64,000 nucleotides of DNA from the NCBI GenBank assembly GCA_020200235.1, contig JAIVJC010000008.1, positions 449-64,448 of the forward strand, in the 5' to 3' direction. Shown here in pieces: positions 21,569-29,412 of this stretch (positions are counted from its first letter, which is position 1; the number at the start of each line of letters is the position of its first letter). The stretch is from Acidobacteriota bacterium (lineage in GTDB: Bacteria > Acidobacteriota > Blastocatellia > Pyrinomonadales > Pyrinomonadaceae). The notes under the pieces were generated by a model. That model did no database searches, had not been told where the DNA came from, and worked only from the letters and a program-made list of their open reading frames with translations. Both the position numbers and the translations under genes were made by a program.

Positions 21569-22042
21569 TCAGACGCGCCGCGCCGCGAAGCGTTGTACGA
21601 GGACTACGACGAGCAGCAGCGTCGTGACGGAAGCCGAGAGCAGGCAGTACTGGCAGAAGGCGTGGAGCACGAAGGCTTGCAGGTACAAGAGCCACAGCGA
21701 GAACAGGAACATTAACGCGACGAGGACTGTGAGGAGCCTGCGCGCGGAGGCGTAGCCGAAGGCGGCGAGCGTGGCGAGGCTGAAGGCTGTGAAGTACGCC
21801 GCCGCGCCGAACGCCGCGAGCGGCAAGCCGCCGACGGTCGCGTAGCGGCTGCCGAGGACTTCCGCGCACCCGTGCGTGATCGAGCACTGGAGCGTCGTGC
21901 CGTTCAGGTGCTCCACCGTCAGGTAGATCGCGTCGCACAGCCCGACGAGCGCGAGCAGCGCGGCGCAGGCGTCGAGCAGCGCGGCGCGCGTCGATCCGAC
22001 CGACCCCGCGAACGCCCCCCCGCCCTCCGTTCTTTCAGACAC
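21569..22042 (-). CDS. Vitamin K epoxide reductase (VKOR) family protein
   Basis: 157 aa with 4 hydrophobic helices. The loop Cys pair is in LQCSITHGC and the CxxC is in the last helix (FCQYC). The start is GTG. Confidence 0.8.
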   Translation of the reverse strand: MSERTEGGGAFAGSVGSTRAALLDACAALLALVGLCDAIYLTVEHLNGTTLQCSITHGCAEVLGSRYATVGGLPLAAFGAAAYFTAFSLATLAAFGYASARRLLTVLVALMFLFSLWLLYLQAFVLHAFCQYCLLSASVTTLLLVVVLVQRFAARRV

Positions 22043-22568
22043 GATAGCCGCTCACCTCTTCTGCGCAGCCAGCTCGCTCTCGACCGCCGCGCTCAGCTTC
22101 TCCAGCGGCGTCTGCCGCGTCCTTCCACTCGTTCTGCTTCTCGTAAATCAGGTCGTGCATCTCCCAGAACTTGCCCTGCATCCCCGCGGCTTCCGCGGCG
22201 AGCGCGGCTTCGGCGGCGTGCCTGTGGATCTCGCGCAGCGGGAAGTTGCGGAAGGCGACGCCGACCTGCGTCGGGTACTTCGCGACGAGCTGCTTGAGGA
22301 CGCCGTGCATCAACCCGCAGGTCGGGCACTGGAAGTCGCTGAACTCCTCGAGCTTCACGGGAGCGTCGGCGCGACCGCGCACGCGCGCGGGCGGCGAGTC
22401 GTCGGCGACCGCCGCGCGCGCCGGGCGCGGGGCGTTCGGCGCGGCGTTGGTGGCGGCGCTCGCAGCCGGCTTCACGTCGCTCGAAGGCGAGCGCATCAGG
22501 AGCGCCCCGCCGCCGAGCGCGACGAGGAGGACGACGGCGATGATCAGTACGGGCAGAGTTTTTTTCAT
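22035..22568 (-). CDS. Membrane-anchored DsbA/thioredoxin-fold oxidoreductase, apparently C-terminally truncated
   Basis: N-terminal TM (LPVLIIAVVLLVALGGGALL). Active site FSDFQCPTCG. A helical insert runs up to GKFWEMHDLIYEKQNEW. The ORF ends before the expected cis-Pro (GTPT) strand region. Confidence 0.65.
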   Translation of the reverse strand: MKKTLPVLIIAVVLLVALGGGALLMRSPSSDVKPAASAATNAAPNAPRPARAAVADDSPPARVRGRADAPVKLEEFSDFQCPTCGLMHGVLKQLVAKYPTQVGVAFRNFPLREIHRHAAEAALAAEAAGMQGKFWEMHDLIYEKQNEWKDAADAAGEAERGGRERAGCAEEVSGYRV

Positions 22569-22829
22569 AAAGTTTTCGACAACGTCGGGCGCGCCGCGCT
22601 GATTTCAGAGCGCGCGCGACCGTTCACGCGAGGCTGAGGTGCGCGCTCAGCCGGGACGCGCCTTGTGGATTTCGGTCTCTGCTAGTATAAAAGCAAACGA
22701 CTCTTTAATCACTACGTCAGAACTATTTATTGCGCCGGCCACGCGGGACTCGCCGCCGCTCAGGTTTCGGTTGACGCCGCGCGGGTACGAAGGCGCACGC
22801 GCTCTGCTTCGGGGAGGTCGGCTCTAACG

Positions 22830-23489
22830 ATGTCGCAGAACACCGCCACGACACTCGACAGCGGCGAAGGCGCAGCCGCCACGCTCTACGACCGTTTCGC
22901 GAACCTCTACGATCTCACCTTCAGGTTCAACCGCTACAGCAACTCGTTGGAGCGTTACCTGCGCGAGCGCGCGCTCCCGCTCCCCGACGGCGCGCGCGTC
23001 CTCGACGCCGGGTGCGGCACGGGGCTGCTCACACTCGCGCTGCTCCGCACGCTCAAACGCCCCTCAGAAGTCACCGCCTTCGATCTCTCCGCTCCTTCCC
23101 TGCTCAAAGCACTCTCCGCCGTGAAGAAGCTCGGCGGGCGCCCGCGCCACCGCGTCAGCTTCCTCCAGGCGAACCTGCTCGCGCTCCCCTTCGCCGCGGA
23201 GACTTTCGACTTCGTCGTGACCAGCGGCGCGCTCGAATACGTCCCGCTCGGCGAAGGGCTCGCGGAGCTGGCGCGCGTCACGAAGCCCGGCGGCTGCCTG
23301 CTGCACCTGCCCGTGCGCCCCGCCCTCGCGAGCAAGCTGCTCGAAATCATGTTCCGCTTCAAAACCCACCCGCCCGCCGAGGTCGAGCGCCACACGCGCC
23401 GCCACTTCCACCTGATCGAACGTCACCGCTTCGATCCTCTCGAACCCATCGGCTGGACGAAAGAAGCCATACTCGCGCAAAAGCCGTGA
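22830..23489 (+). CDS. Class I SAM-dependent methyltransferase
   Basis: 219 aa with motif I VLDAGCGTGLLTLAL and post-I and II-like segments (FDLS, FDFVVTSGALEYV). Confidence 0.85.
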   Translation: MSQNTATTLDSGEGAAATLYDRFANLYDLTFRFNRYSNSLERYLRERALPLPDGARVLDAGCGTGLLTLALLRTLKRPSEVTAFDLSAPSLLKALSAVKKLGGRPRHRVSFLQANLLALPFAAETFDFVVTSGALEYVPLGEGLAELARVTKPGGCLLHLPVRPALASKLLEIMFRFKTHPPAEVERHTRRHFHLIERHRFDPLEPIGWTKEAILAQKP

Positions 23490-23495
23490 CCAAAA

Positions 23496-23610
23496 AGTAC
23501 TGTGTACTGAGTACTGTGTACTGAGTGAAAGATGATCTCTCGCTCTCGCTTTCGTTACTGCTCTTGCTCCTATCTCAGTACTCAGTACTCAGTACTCAGT
23601 ACTCAGTACT
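23496..23610. repeat. Inverted arrays of tandem heptamers ([AT]GTACTG x4 / CTCAGTA x5) between convergent stop codons
   Basis: Left arm 23496-23525 is AGTACTGTGTACTGAGTACTGTGTACTGAG. Right arm 23574-23610 is (CTCAGTA)x5 followed by CT. The arms are complementary at 28 of 30 positions across a 48-nt spacer. Confidence 0.85.
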
Positions 23611-23618
23611 TCTTTTCA

Positions 23619-24776
23619 TCACTGCTTGTTGAAGTGCTCGATGACTACGCGCGCGACGGTGGGGATGATGTCGCGCTCGTTCGCCTGATTCTCGGTGAAG
23701 GTGACGACGACGAAGCGCGCCCCGTTCGGCAGCTCGATGTAGGCGGCGTCGTGCCGCGTGGTCGAAGTCCAGCCAGCCTTCGACCAGAGCCGCGCGCCGG
23801 GGAAGTCTTCGAGGGCGATGCCCGTGAAGCCGTGCGCCTGATCGTCGGCGTCCTTCGACTCGCCCGCGAAGTCGCGCTTCAAAAGCGACCTCATCGCGGC
23901 GCTGCGCGCCGGGGTGACGGCGCGATCCGTGGCGATCTCGGCGAGCAGGCGCGCGACGGCGTCGGTCGTGAGCTTGTTGCGGTTCTCGCCCTTCGCGCCG
24001 CGCGAGAAGCGCTCGCGCCCGTAGGCGTCCTCGCAGAAAGTCTTCTGGTTCGTGTTGATGTTCGTGTAGCCGAGCGAGGCGAAGTAGCGGTTGACGGCGT
24101 CGCGCTTCTGCTGCCAACGCTTCATCTCCGCGCCCTGAAGCTCCCTGCCGCTCGTCGTGTCCGTGAGCATGTCGAGGACGTAGCCGGTCGCGTCGTTGGA
24201 AGAATCGACGATCATGTCGCGCAGCGCGCGCTTCAGCTCGTCGGTCTCCTTGAGCCTCCCGTCTTCGAGCAGGCGGTGCGCGTAGGCGAGGTAGAAGAGC
24301 TTGACGACGCTCGCCGGGTAGATGCGCTCGTTGCCGCGGAAACTCCCCTGGGCGGGGCGCGCCGTGTCGCGCAGGTCGATGACCGTGATCGCGAGCTGAC
24401 TCTCCGTCAGCTTTTTACCGGCGAACTTCTTCAACGCAGCGCGCGCCGCCGCGTCGACTAACGACTGAAGCTCCGGCGACTGCGCGGGCATCAGCCGGGT
24501 CGTCGATGCGGGCTGTGTTTTGTTCGCCGACTTTTTACGCGCAGACGCGCCTGATGGCGTGATGATAGACAAAACTACCGCGGCGAAGAATAGACCTCTT
24601 GCGAAAGTGGCGACAGGTCGGAACCGCCTGCGGTAGCGGGCGGGTGTGTGCGACGTAAGAGACCCGCCCGCTACCGCAGGCGGTTCCGACTTGAGAGACC
24701 CGCCCGCTACCGCAGGCGGTTCCGACTTGATAGCGACGCGCGACGTTCGCAAGATGTCTAATATTTTTTTGCTCAT
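23619..24776 (-). CDS. Class A beta-lactamase-fold serine hydrolase (secreted); 5' end uncertain
   Basis: SxxK motif (PASVVKLFY), SxN-like motif (DSSNDATG) and KTG-like motif (SKAGWT). An internal signal-like segment reads RRRFRPVATFARGLFFAAVVLSIITPSGASA. The only ATG upstream is at 24776 (MSKKILD). The 815-aa track ORF further upstream is a shadow of gltS. Confidence 0.7.
   Translation of the reverse strand: MSKKILDILRTSRVAIKSEPPAVAGGSLKSEPPAVAGGSLTSHTPARYRRRFRPVATFARGLFFAAVVLSIITPSGASARKKSANKTQPASTTRLMPAQSPELQSLVDAAARAALKKFAGKKLTESQLAITVIDLRDTARPAQGSFRGNERIYPASVVKLFYLAYAHRLLEDGRLKETDELKRALRDMIVDSSNDATGYVLDMLTDTTSGRELQGAEMKRWQQKRDAVNRYFASLGYTNINTNQKTFCEDAYGRERFSRGAKGENRNKLTTDAVARLLAEIATDRAVTPARSAAMRSLLKRDFAGESKDADDQAHGFTGIALEDFPGARLWSKAGWTSTTRHDAAYIELPNGARFVVVTFTENQANERDIIPTVARVVIEHFNKQ
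24617..24729. repeat. REP-like element: 29-bp perfect inverted repeat plus a second tandem 36-nt copy
   Basis: gtcggaaccgcctgcggtagcgggcgggt (24617-24645) pairs with acccgcccgctaccgcaggcggttccgac (24662-24690) around a 16-nt loop. The 36-nt unit agagacccgcccgctaccgcaggcggttccgacttg is repeated at 24658-24693 and 24694-24729. Confidence 0.85.
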
Positions 24777-26059
24777 TTGATCCAGTTGGCGAAGGCGGTG
24801 ATGACGACGGCGTTCGTGAAGTCGATGAAGAACGCGCCGACGACGGGGACGACGAGGAAGCTGCGCGGCGCGGGACCGAAGCGGGCGGCGAGCGCCTCCA
24901 TGTTGGCGACGGCGTTGGGCGTGATGCCGAGCCCGAAGCCGATGTGGCCGCTCGACGTGACCGCCGCCTCGTAATCGCGCCCCATCAAAACGAAAGTCAC
25001 GAAGACGGCGTAGAGGATCATCAGCACGACCTGCGCCGCGAGGATGACGAGCATCGGCACGGCGAGACCGGCGAGCTGCCACAGCTTCAAGTCCATCAGG
25101 GCGATGACGAGGAAGAGCGCGAGCGCGACGGTTCCGAGCGCGTCCATCGCGCGCGTGTCGATGCGCAGCCACCCGTATCGGTCGTCGAGGTTGCGCGCGA
25201 CGCCGGCGACGAGCATCGTGCCGACGTAGCCGGGCAGCGTGATGCCTCCCCGCGTCGCCGCGAAACTGATCAGCGCGCCCACACCCATCGCGAGCAGGAT
25301 CAAGAGTAGGTTCCTCAACAGCTCGCCCGGCTCCGTCGTGCGCGCCTCGTCTTTTGCGCGCACAGCCGCGTCCGTCACAGGCGTCTCTTCGTCGGGTGGA
25401 GCCATCGAGCCTATCGCCCAGAACTGCTCCGAGCCGTCGTCCTTCTGCTTCGAGGGCTTCGGCGCGAGGCGGCGTCGCCGGATGAGCGCGGTCGCGACCG
25501 GGTTGCCGACGAGGCTGGAGACGAAGATGCCGAAGGTCGCCGACGCGATGATGAGCGCGCCAGCGCCAGCGACGCCCTTCTGCTCGAAGAGAGACGTGAA
25601 GGCGAGACCCGTCGCGGGTCCGCCCGTCAGCGTCAGCGAGCCGCAGATGATGCCGAGCGCGGGCGGGGCTTTGAGCGCGAGCGCGACGGCGATCCCTGCG
25701 AAATTCTGCACGACCGCCATGAGCGACGCGATGATGAAGAAGAAGATCATGCGCGCGCCGCCCGCGCGCAGCAGCCCGAGCGTCGCGCCGTAGCCGATGG
25801 TCGTGAAGAAGGCGGTTTGCAGCGGCGCGCGCAGGGTCGAATCTATCGTGACGCCCAGCGGCGCGTAGCGGCGCAATATCATCACGAGCGCGGCGAACAG
25901 CAGTCCCCCGATGGCCGCCGAAGGGATGCTCGCGCGCGCGAACACCCCGACGCGGCGTTGCAGCCACCCGCCCACGAAGAGGAAGAGCGCGGCGAGCGCG
26001 AGCGTCAGCACGAGATCGAGCTTGAGCGTGCGCAAGCCTTCGATGATTGTCAGTTCCAT
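24773..26059 (-). CDS. gltS: Sodium/glutamate symporter
   Basis: 428-aa polytopic membrane protein with about 10-12 helices. It has GltS-like organisation, with a central hydrophilic loop (RRRRLAPKPSKQKDDGSEQ) between two helix bundles. The family is recognised by overall pattern. Confidence 0.75.
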   Translation of the reverse strand: MELTIIEGLRTLKLDLVLTLALAALFLFVGGWLQRRVGVFARASIPSAAIGGLLFAALVMILRRYAPLGVTIDSTLRAPLQTAFFTTIGYGATLGLLRAGGARMIFFFIIASLMAVVQNFAGIAVALALKAPPALGIICGSLTLTGGPATGLAFTSLFEQKGVAGAGALIIASATFGIFVSSLVGNPVATALIRRRRLAPKPSKQKDDGSEQFWAIGSMAPPDEETPVTDAAVRAKDEARTTEPGELLRNLLLILLAMGVGALISFAATRGGITLPGYVGTMLVAGVARNLDDRYGWLRIDTRAMDALGTVALALFLVIALMDLKLWQLAGLAVPMLVILAAQVVLMILYAVFVTFVLMGRDYEAAVTSSGHIGFGLGITPNAVANMEALAARFGPAPRSFLVVPVVGAFFIDFTNAVVITAFANWIK

Positions 26060-26070
26060 CAGTCACGCCT

Positions 26071-26700
26071 TCACTGTAGCTTCACTTCAGAGTCCGGGGG
26101 CGGGGCCGTGCCGTCTCCCGTGCCTGCGCCTGAGCCAGCATCGCCTTGGACGCGCGGCGGCGGCGGCGGGGGCGGCGGTTCGCCGCCCCCGGCGAGTCGC
26201 ATGTAGCCCAGCGCGAGCAGTTGCGTTCCGAGGTGGTACGTCGCCAAGCCTCTCAGGCCGCCGATCAGGCTGGGGAAGATGAACAGCGCGTTGGTCAGGA
26301 TCACGGGGGCGTAGAGGACGACGATCCTTGAGCGCACGAAGCTCCAGCGCCGTGGCCCCGCGCCGCCGGGGAATCCGAGGCGCAGCCACAGACAGACGGG
26401 CACGACCCAGTAGGCAATCCTCAGAGCCAAGTACAGCCAAACCGATCCGGTGAAGAAGACGATGAACGACACGTCGGCCACGTGATAGAGTGCCAGTACG
26501 CCGGCGATCGCGTAGAATGCGCGGCTCAGGCGCGTGCTCCTGGCGGCGGCGCCGCGCCTGATGACGGTCGCGAAGACGACCAGCCCGATTAAAGCTAGCC
26601 AGAGGCTGAGGACGTAGAAGATCAGATCGAGGCGGTTCACGGCGTCCTGCCAACTCTGCTCGCCGAGCAGCAGAGCCGTGACCCAGTACACTCGCCCCAC
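26071..26700 (-). CDS. Hypothetical polytopic membrane protein with poly-Pro C-terminal tail (or 3' part of a frameshifted larger gene)
   Basis: In the frame of the 26071..26958 ORF, plausible sequence begins at GTG 26700 (or 26691), preceded by ggagagg. The product has about 5 TM helices and the tail GGGEPPPPPPPPRVQGDAGSGAGTGDG. Confidence 0.45.
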   Translation of the reverse strand: MGRVYWVTALLLGEQSWQDAVNRLDLIFYVLSLWLALIGLVVFATVIRRGAAARSTRLSRAFYAIAGVLALYHVADVSFIVFFTGSVWLYLALRIAYWVVPVCLWLRLGFPGGAGPRRWSFVRSRIVVLYAPVILTNALFIFPSLIGGLRGLATYHLGTQLLALGYMRLAGGGEPPPPPPPPRVQGDAGSGAGTGDGTAPPPDSEVKLQ

Positions 26701-27740
26701 CCGCGCACCCTCTCCCAAAGTCGCGTCGGCAAGCCGGGCTGCCGCCGCCACTCGGGCGGCAGCAACGCCGCCTCTTCGATCTCGGCGGCGGCGGCGCGGG
26801 CGTAGGCGACGGCGTAGAAGGTGAAAATGGCGAGCACAGTGCAGATCGGGATGAGCGCGTAGGGCGACCAGTTCTGCCAGAGCGGCCTGCCAGCGGGGAC
26901 GAGGTAGAGCATGAGCCCCCACGTGCCGAGGGTGGATGCCAGAATCTCGAACTGCCAAGCGTTGCTCGCGAACGGCGAACGCTGGCCGGGCTCGACGGGG
27001 AAGGTCAGCTTGTCCAACGCCGAAGTGGTGTCACCGGTCGCCTTGACGATCTTCGCGCCGAGCGCGCCGAGCGCCCCGATCTTTCTCCGCAGCACGTAGA
27101 AGTAGGCCTCCGAGATGATGAGCGCGAAAGGCAACGCGTAGATCCACGTCCGCAGATCGAAATCGAGCTTGGCGTCGAGCACCGCCATCTCGAAGAGGAA
27201 TGCCTTGTCCGTCCGCTCTTCCAGGCCCTGCGTGCACGTCTCCAGCTTCTCCTGCCGCGCCTCGAGCGCGGCCCGCTCTTCCTCCTGCTGGCGCTTCCTC
27301 TCGGCACCTGTCGGTTCCGCCTGCGAGGCGGCAGAAGGCATGCCCGCTTGACGGCTCGCCGGTGAGGGCTGCGGCGTGGCCGCCGACGCGGCTTCGGCAT
27401 TCGCGTCTGGCTGCGGGCTCGCGTCGGGCGTGGGCGAGGCTGGCAGCGTTGCGCACTGTGGCCCGGCCCCAATCTCTTCGCCCCCGTACTTCGTCCTGCT
27501 GAAGTCGAACGGCCCGCGGTAGATGTTCAGGTTGAGCGGCTTCTGCACGAGTTCGCAACTGAGCTGTTCGCACTCTTTGCGGAGTTTGCTGAACTCGCCC
27601 GCGCCGATCTTTTCAAAGGCGCGCGAGAAGGTGAGGGCGAGGACGAGCACGATGCCGAAGCGTGTCAGGTTCAGGCGCGTCAGCCGCGTCGAGAGCTTGT
27701 CCTGCGCCTCGCGTAGATTCTTGAAGGGATCGTCGCTCAT
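26637..27740 (-). CDS. Hypothetical membrane protein with coiled-coil/low-complexity linker
   Basis: 367 aa. It has an N-terminal TM (FGIVLVLALTF), a PASP-rich linker, a charged coiled coil (ERKRQQEEERAALEARQEKLE) and then several TM helices. The last roughly 25 aa look out of frame. Confidence 0.55.
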   Translation of the reverse strand: MSDDPFKNLREAQDKLSTRLTRLNLTRFGIVLVLALTFSRAFEKIGAGEFSKLRKECEQLSCELVQKPLNLNIYRGPFDFSRTKYGGEEIGAGPQCATLPASPTPDASPQPDANAEAASAATPQPSPASRQAGMPSAASQAEPTGAERKRQQEEERAALEARQEKLETCTQGLEERTDKAFLFEMAVLDAKLDFDLRTWIYALPFALIISEAYFYVLRRKIGALGALGAKIVKATGDTTSALDKLTFPVEPGQRSPFASNAWQFEILASTLGTWGLMLYLVPAGRPLWQNWSPYALIPICTVLAIFTFYAVAYARAAAAEIEEAALLPPEWRRQPGLPTRLWERVRGWGECTGSRLCCSASRVGRTP

Positions 27741-27824
27741 GGGAGTAGCGGGGATGATTTACGTGCGCGCCCCGAAGCCGGCAGTCGGCGCGTGGGACGG
27801 CGGGCGACGGCGGATCGCCGACTG

Positions 27825-29234
27825 TCAGGGCGACGCCGCTTCGTAGACGACGCGACCGTCCATGATCGTCGTCGTCACCTTCGCCTTCTCGATCTCGACC
27901 GGGTCGATCTTAAAGATGTCGCGGTCGATGATGACGAGGTCGGCGAGCTTGCCGGGGGCGAGCGTGCCCTTCACGTCGTCTGTGAACTCGGCGAAGGCGG
28001 AGCCGACGGTGTAGGCGCGCACGGCTTCCTCGACCGTGATCTTCTGCTCGGGAATCCACCCGCCGGGGTTCTTGCCGTCGAGCGTGCGCCGCGTGGCGGC
28101 GGCGTAGACGCCGAAGAGCGGGTTCAGCGGCGCGACGTACCAGTCGGTGCCGAAGGCGAGGGTCGCGCCGGTGTCGAGCAGGGTGCGGAACGCGTAGGTC
28201 GTCTCGGCGCGCTTGTGACCGATGCGCTTCTCAGCCCAGCGACCGTCGTCGATGCAGTGGTAGGGCTGCATCGAGGCGATGACGCGGGCGCGCCCGAAGC
28301 GCGCGATGTCTTCGGCGCGGATGTGCTGCGCGTGCTCGATGCGGAAACGACGGTCGCGCGCGCCGCCTTCCTTTTCCAGTCGCTCGTAGAAGGAGAGGAT
28401 CGTGTCGTTCGCCTGGTCGCCGATGGCGTGGATCATCACCTGGAGCCCGGCGCGGTCGGCGGCGAGGACGCGCTCGTACATTTTCTCGGGCGGGAACATC
28501 TCGTCGCTCGGCAGACCCGACGTGTCGGGCGCGTCGTTGTAGGGCGCGAAGAAGAGGGCGGTGGTCGAGCCGAGGCTGCCGTCGGCGAATCCCTTGAGAC
28601 CGCCGATGCGTATGAGGTCGCCGCCGAAGCGAGCGCGCACGCCCACGCCCGCGATGCGCTGCCACGCCGAGAGCGGCGAGACGGCGTAGACCCTCGTCTT
28701 CATCTCGCCGCGCGCGGCGAGGTACTGGTAGACGCCCACGTCCGTGCCCGCGCTCATGTCCTGCACGCTCGTCACGCCTAGCCCGGCGGCGTGGTTCGTC
28801 GCGGCGCGAGCGTAGTCGAGCCGCTCGTCCCAGGAAGGATCGGGAATCTTCGCGTAGACGAAACTCTGCGCCGCGTCTTTCAAGACGCCGGTCGGCTCTT
28901 TGGTCTTCGCGTCGCGGACGATGAGACCGCCGGGCGGGTCGGGCGTCTCCTTCGTCACCCCGGCGAGCTTGAGGGCGACGCTGTTGGCGAGCCCCATGTG
29001 ACCGTCGAGCCGGTTGACGAAGACCGGATGATCGGGCGTGACGCGATCGATCATCTCCTTCGTCGGGAGCGCGGCGGGCGTCCAGCGCTCGTGATCCCAG
29101 TCGCCGCCGGTGATCCAGCGACCCTTCGGCGTCTTCGCGGCGAACTCGCCGATGCGGCGCGCGAACTCCTCCGGGCTCGCGGCGTCGCGCAGTTGCACGG
29201 ACGCCAGGTGCTGACCGCCGTCCGTGAAATGCAC
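27825..29234 (-). CDS. Amidohydrolase-3 (YtcJ-like metal-dependent hydrolase); homologous frame extends to 29385 without a start codon
   Basis: Family-typical N-region [47 protein letters not shown] is encoded at 29235-29385, upstream of the first usable start (GTG 29234, the V of HVH). The remainder is a typical TIM-barrel amidohydrolase (HAIGD, EHAQ, GTDW). Confidence 0.7.
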   Translation of the reverse strand: MHFTDGGQHLASVQLRDAASPEEFARRIGEFAAKTPKGRWITGGDWDHERWTPAALPTKEMIDRVTPDHPVFVNRLDGHMGLANSVALKLAGVTKETPDPPGGLIVRDAKTKEPTGVLKDAAQSFVYAKIPDPSWDERLDYARAATNHAAGLGVTSVQDMSAGTDVGVYQYLAARGEMKTRVYAVSPLSAWQRIAGVGVRARFGGDLIRIGGLKGFADGSLGSTTALFFAPYNDAPDTSGLPSDEMFPPEKMYERVLAADRAGLQVMIHAIGDQANDTILSFYERLEKEGGARDRRFRIEHAQHIRAEDIARFGRARVIASMQPYHCIDDGRWAEKRIGHKRAETTYAFRTLLDTGATLAFGTDWYVAPLNPLFGVYAAATRRTLDGKNPGGWIPEQKITVEEAVRAYTVGSAFAEFTDDVKGTLAPGKLADLVIIDRDIFKIDPVEIEKAKVTTTIMDGRVVYEAASP

Positions 29235-29412
29235 GTGGGAGTCGTTGAAGCCGGGCAGGACCAGCGCGCCGCGTGCGTCGATGACGCGCGTCCGCTTGCC
29301 CGCGAGTTTGCGAATTTCGGCGGTCGTCCCGACGGCGGCGATGCGGTTGCCGAAGACCGCGACGGCTTGGGCGCTCGGTCGCTGCTACGATTACAGCCGG
29401 AACGGGGGCGTA

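Noticed and set aside
24617-24729. Whether the 36-nt direct repeats could be a minimal CRISPR array.
   Set aside because: The two direct copies abut with no spacer and a third copy is inverted. There is no leader and there are no cas genes in the window.
24777-26066. The N-terminal 430 aa of the 815-aa track ORF 23619..26066 (-), which would make a giant hydrolase.
   Set aside because: This part is out-of-frame overlap with the gltS coding sequence and is Arg/Ala/His-rich junk. The recognisable serine-hydrolase sequence begins only after the REP-like element.
26140-26190. A G/C-rich run (ggcggcggcggcgggggcggcgg) considered as a phase-variable homopolymer or G-quadruplex switch.
   Set aside because: It is not a pure homopolymer or a regular short tandem repeat. 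It simply encodes the poly-Pro/Gly tail on the minus strand. I see no evidence for contingency behaviour from the sequence alone.
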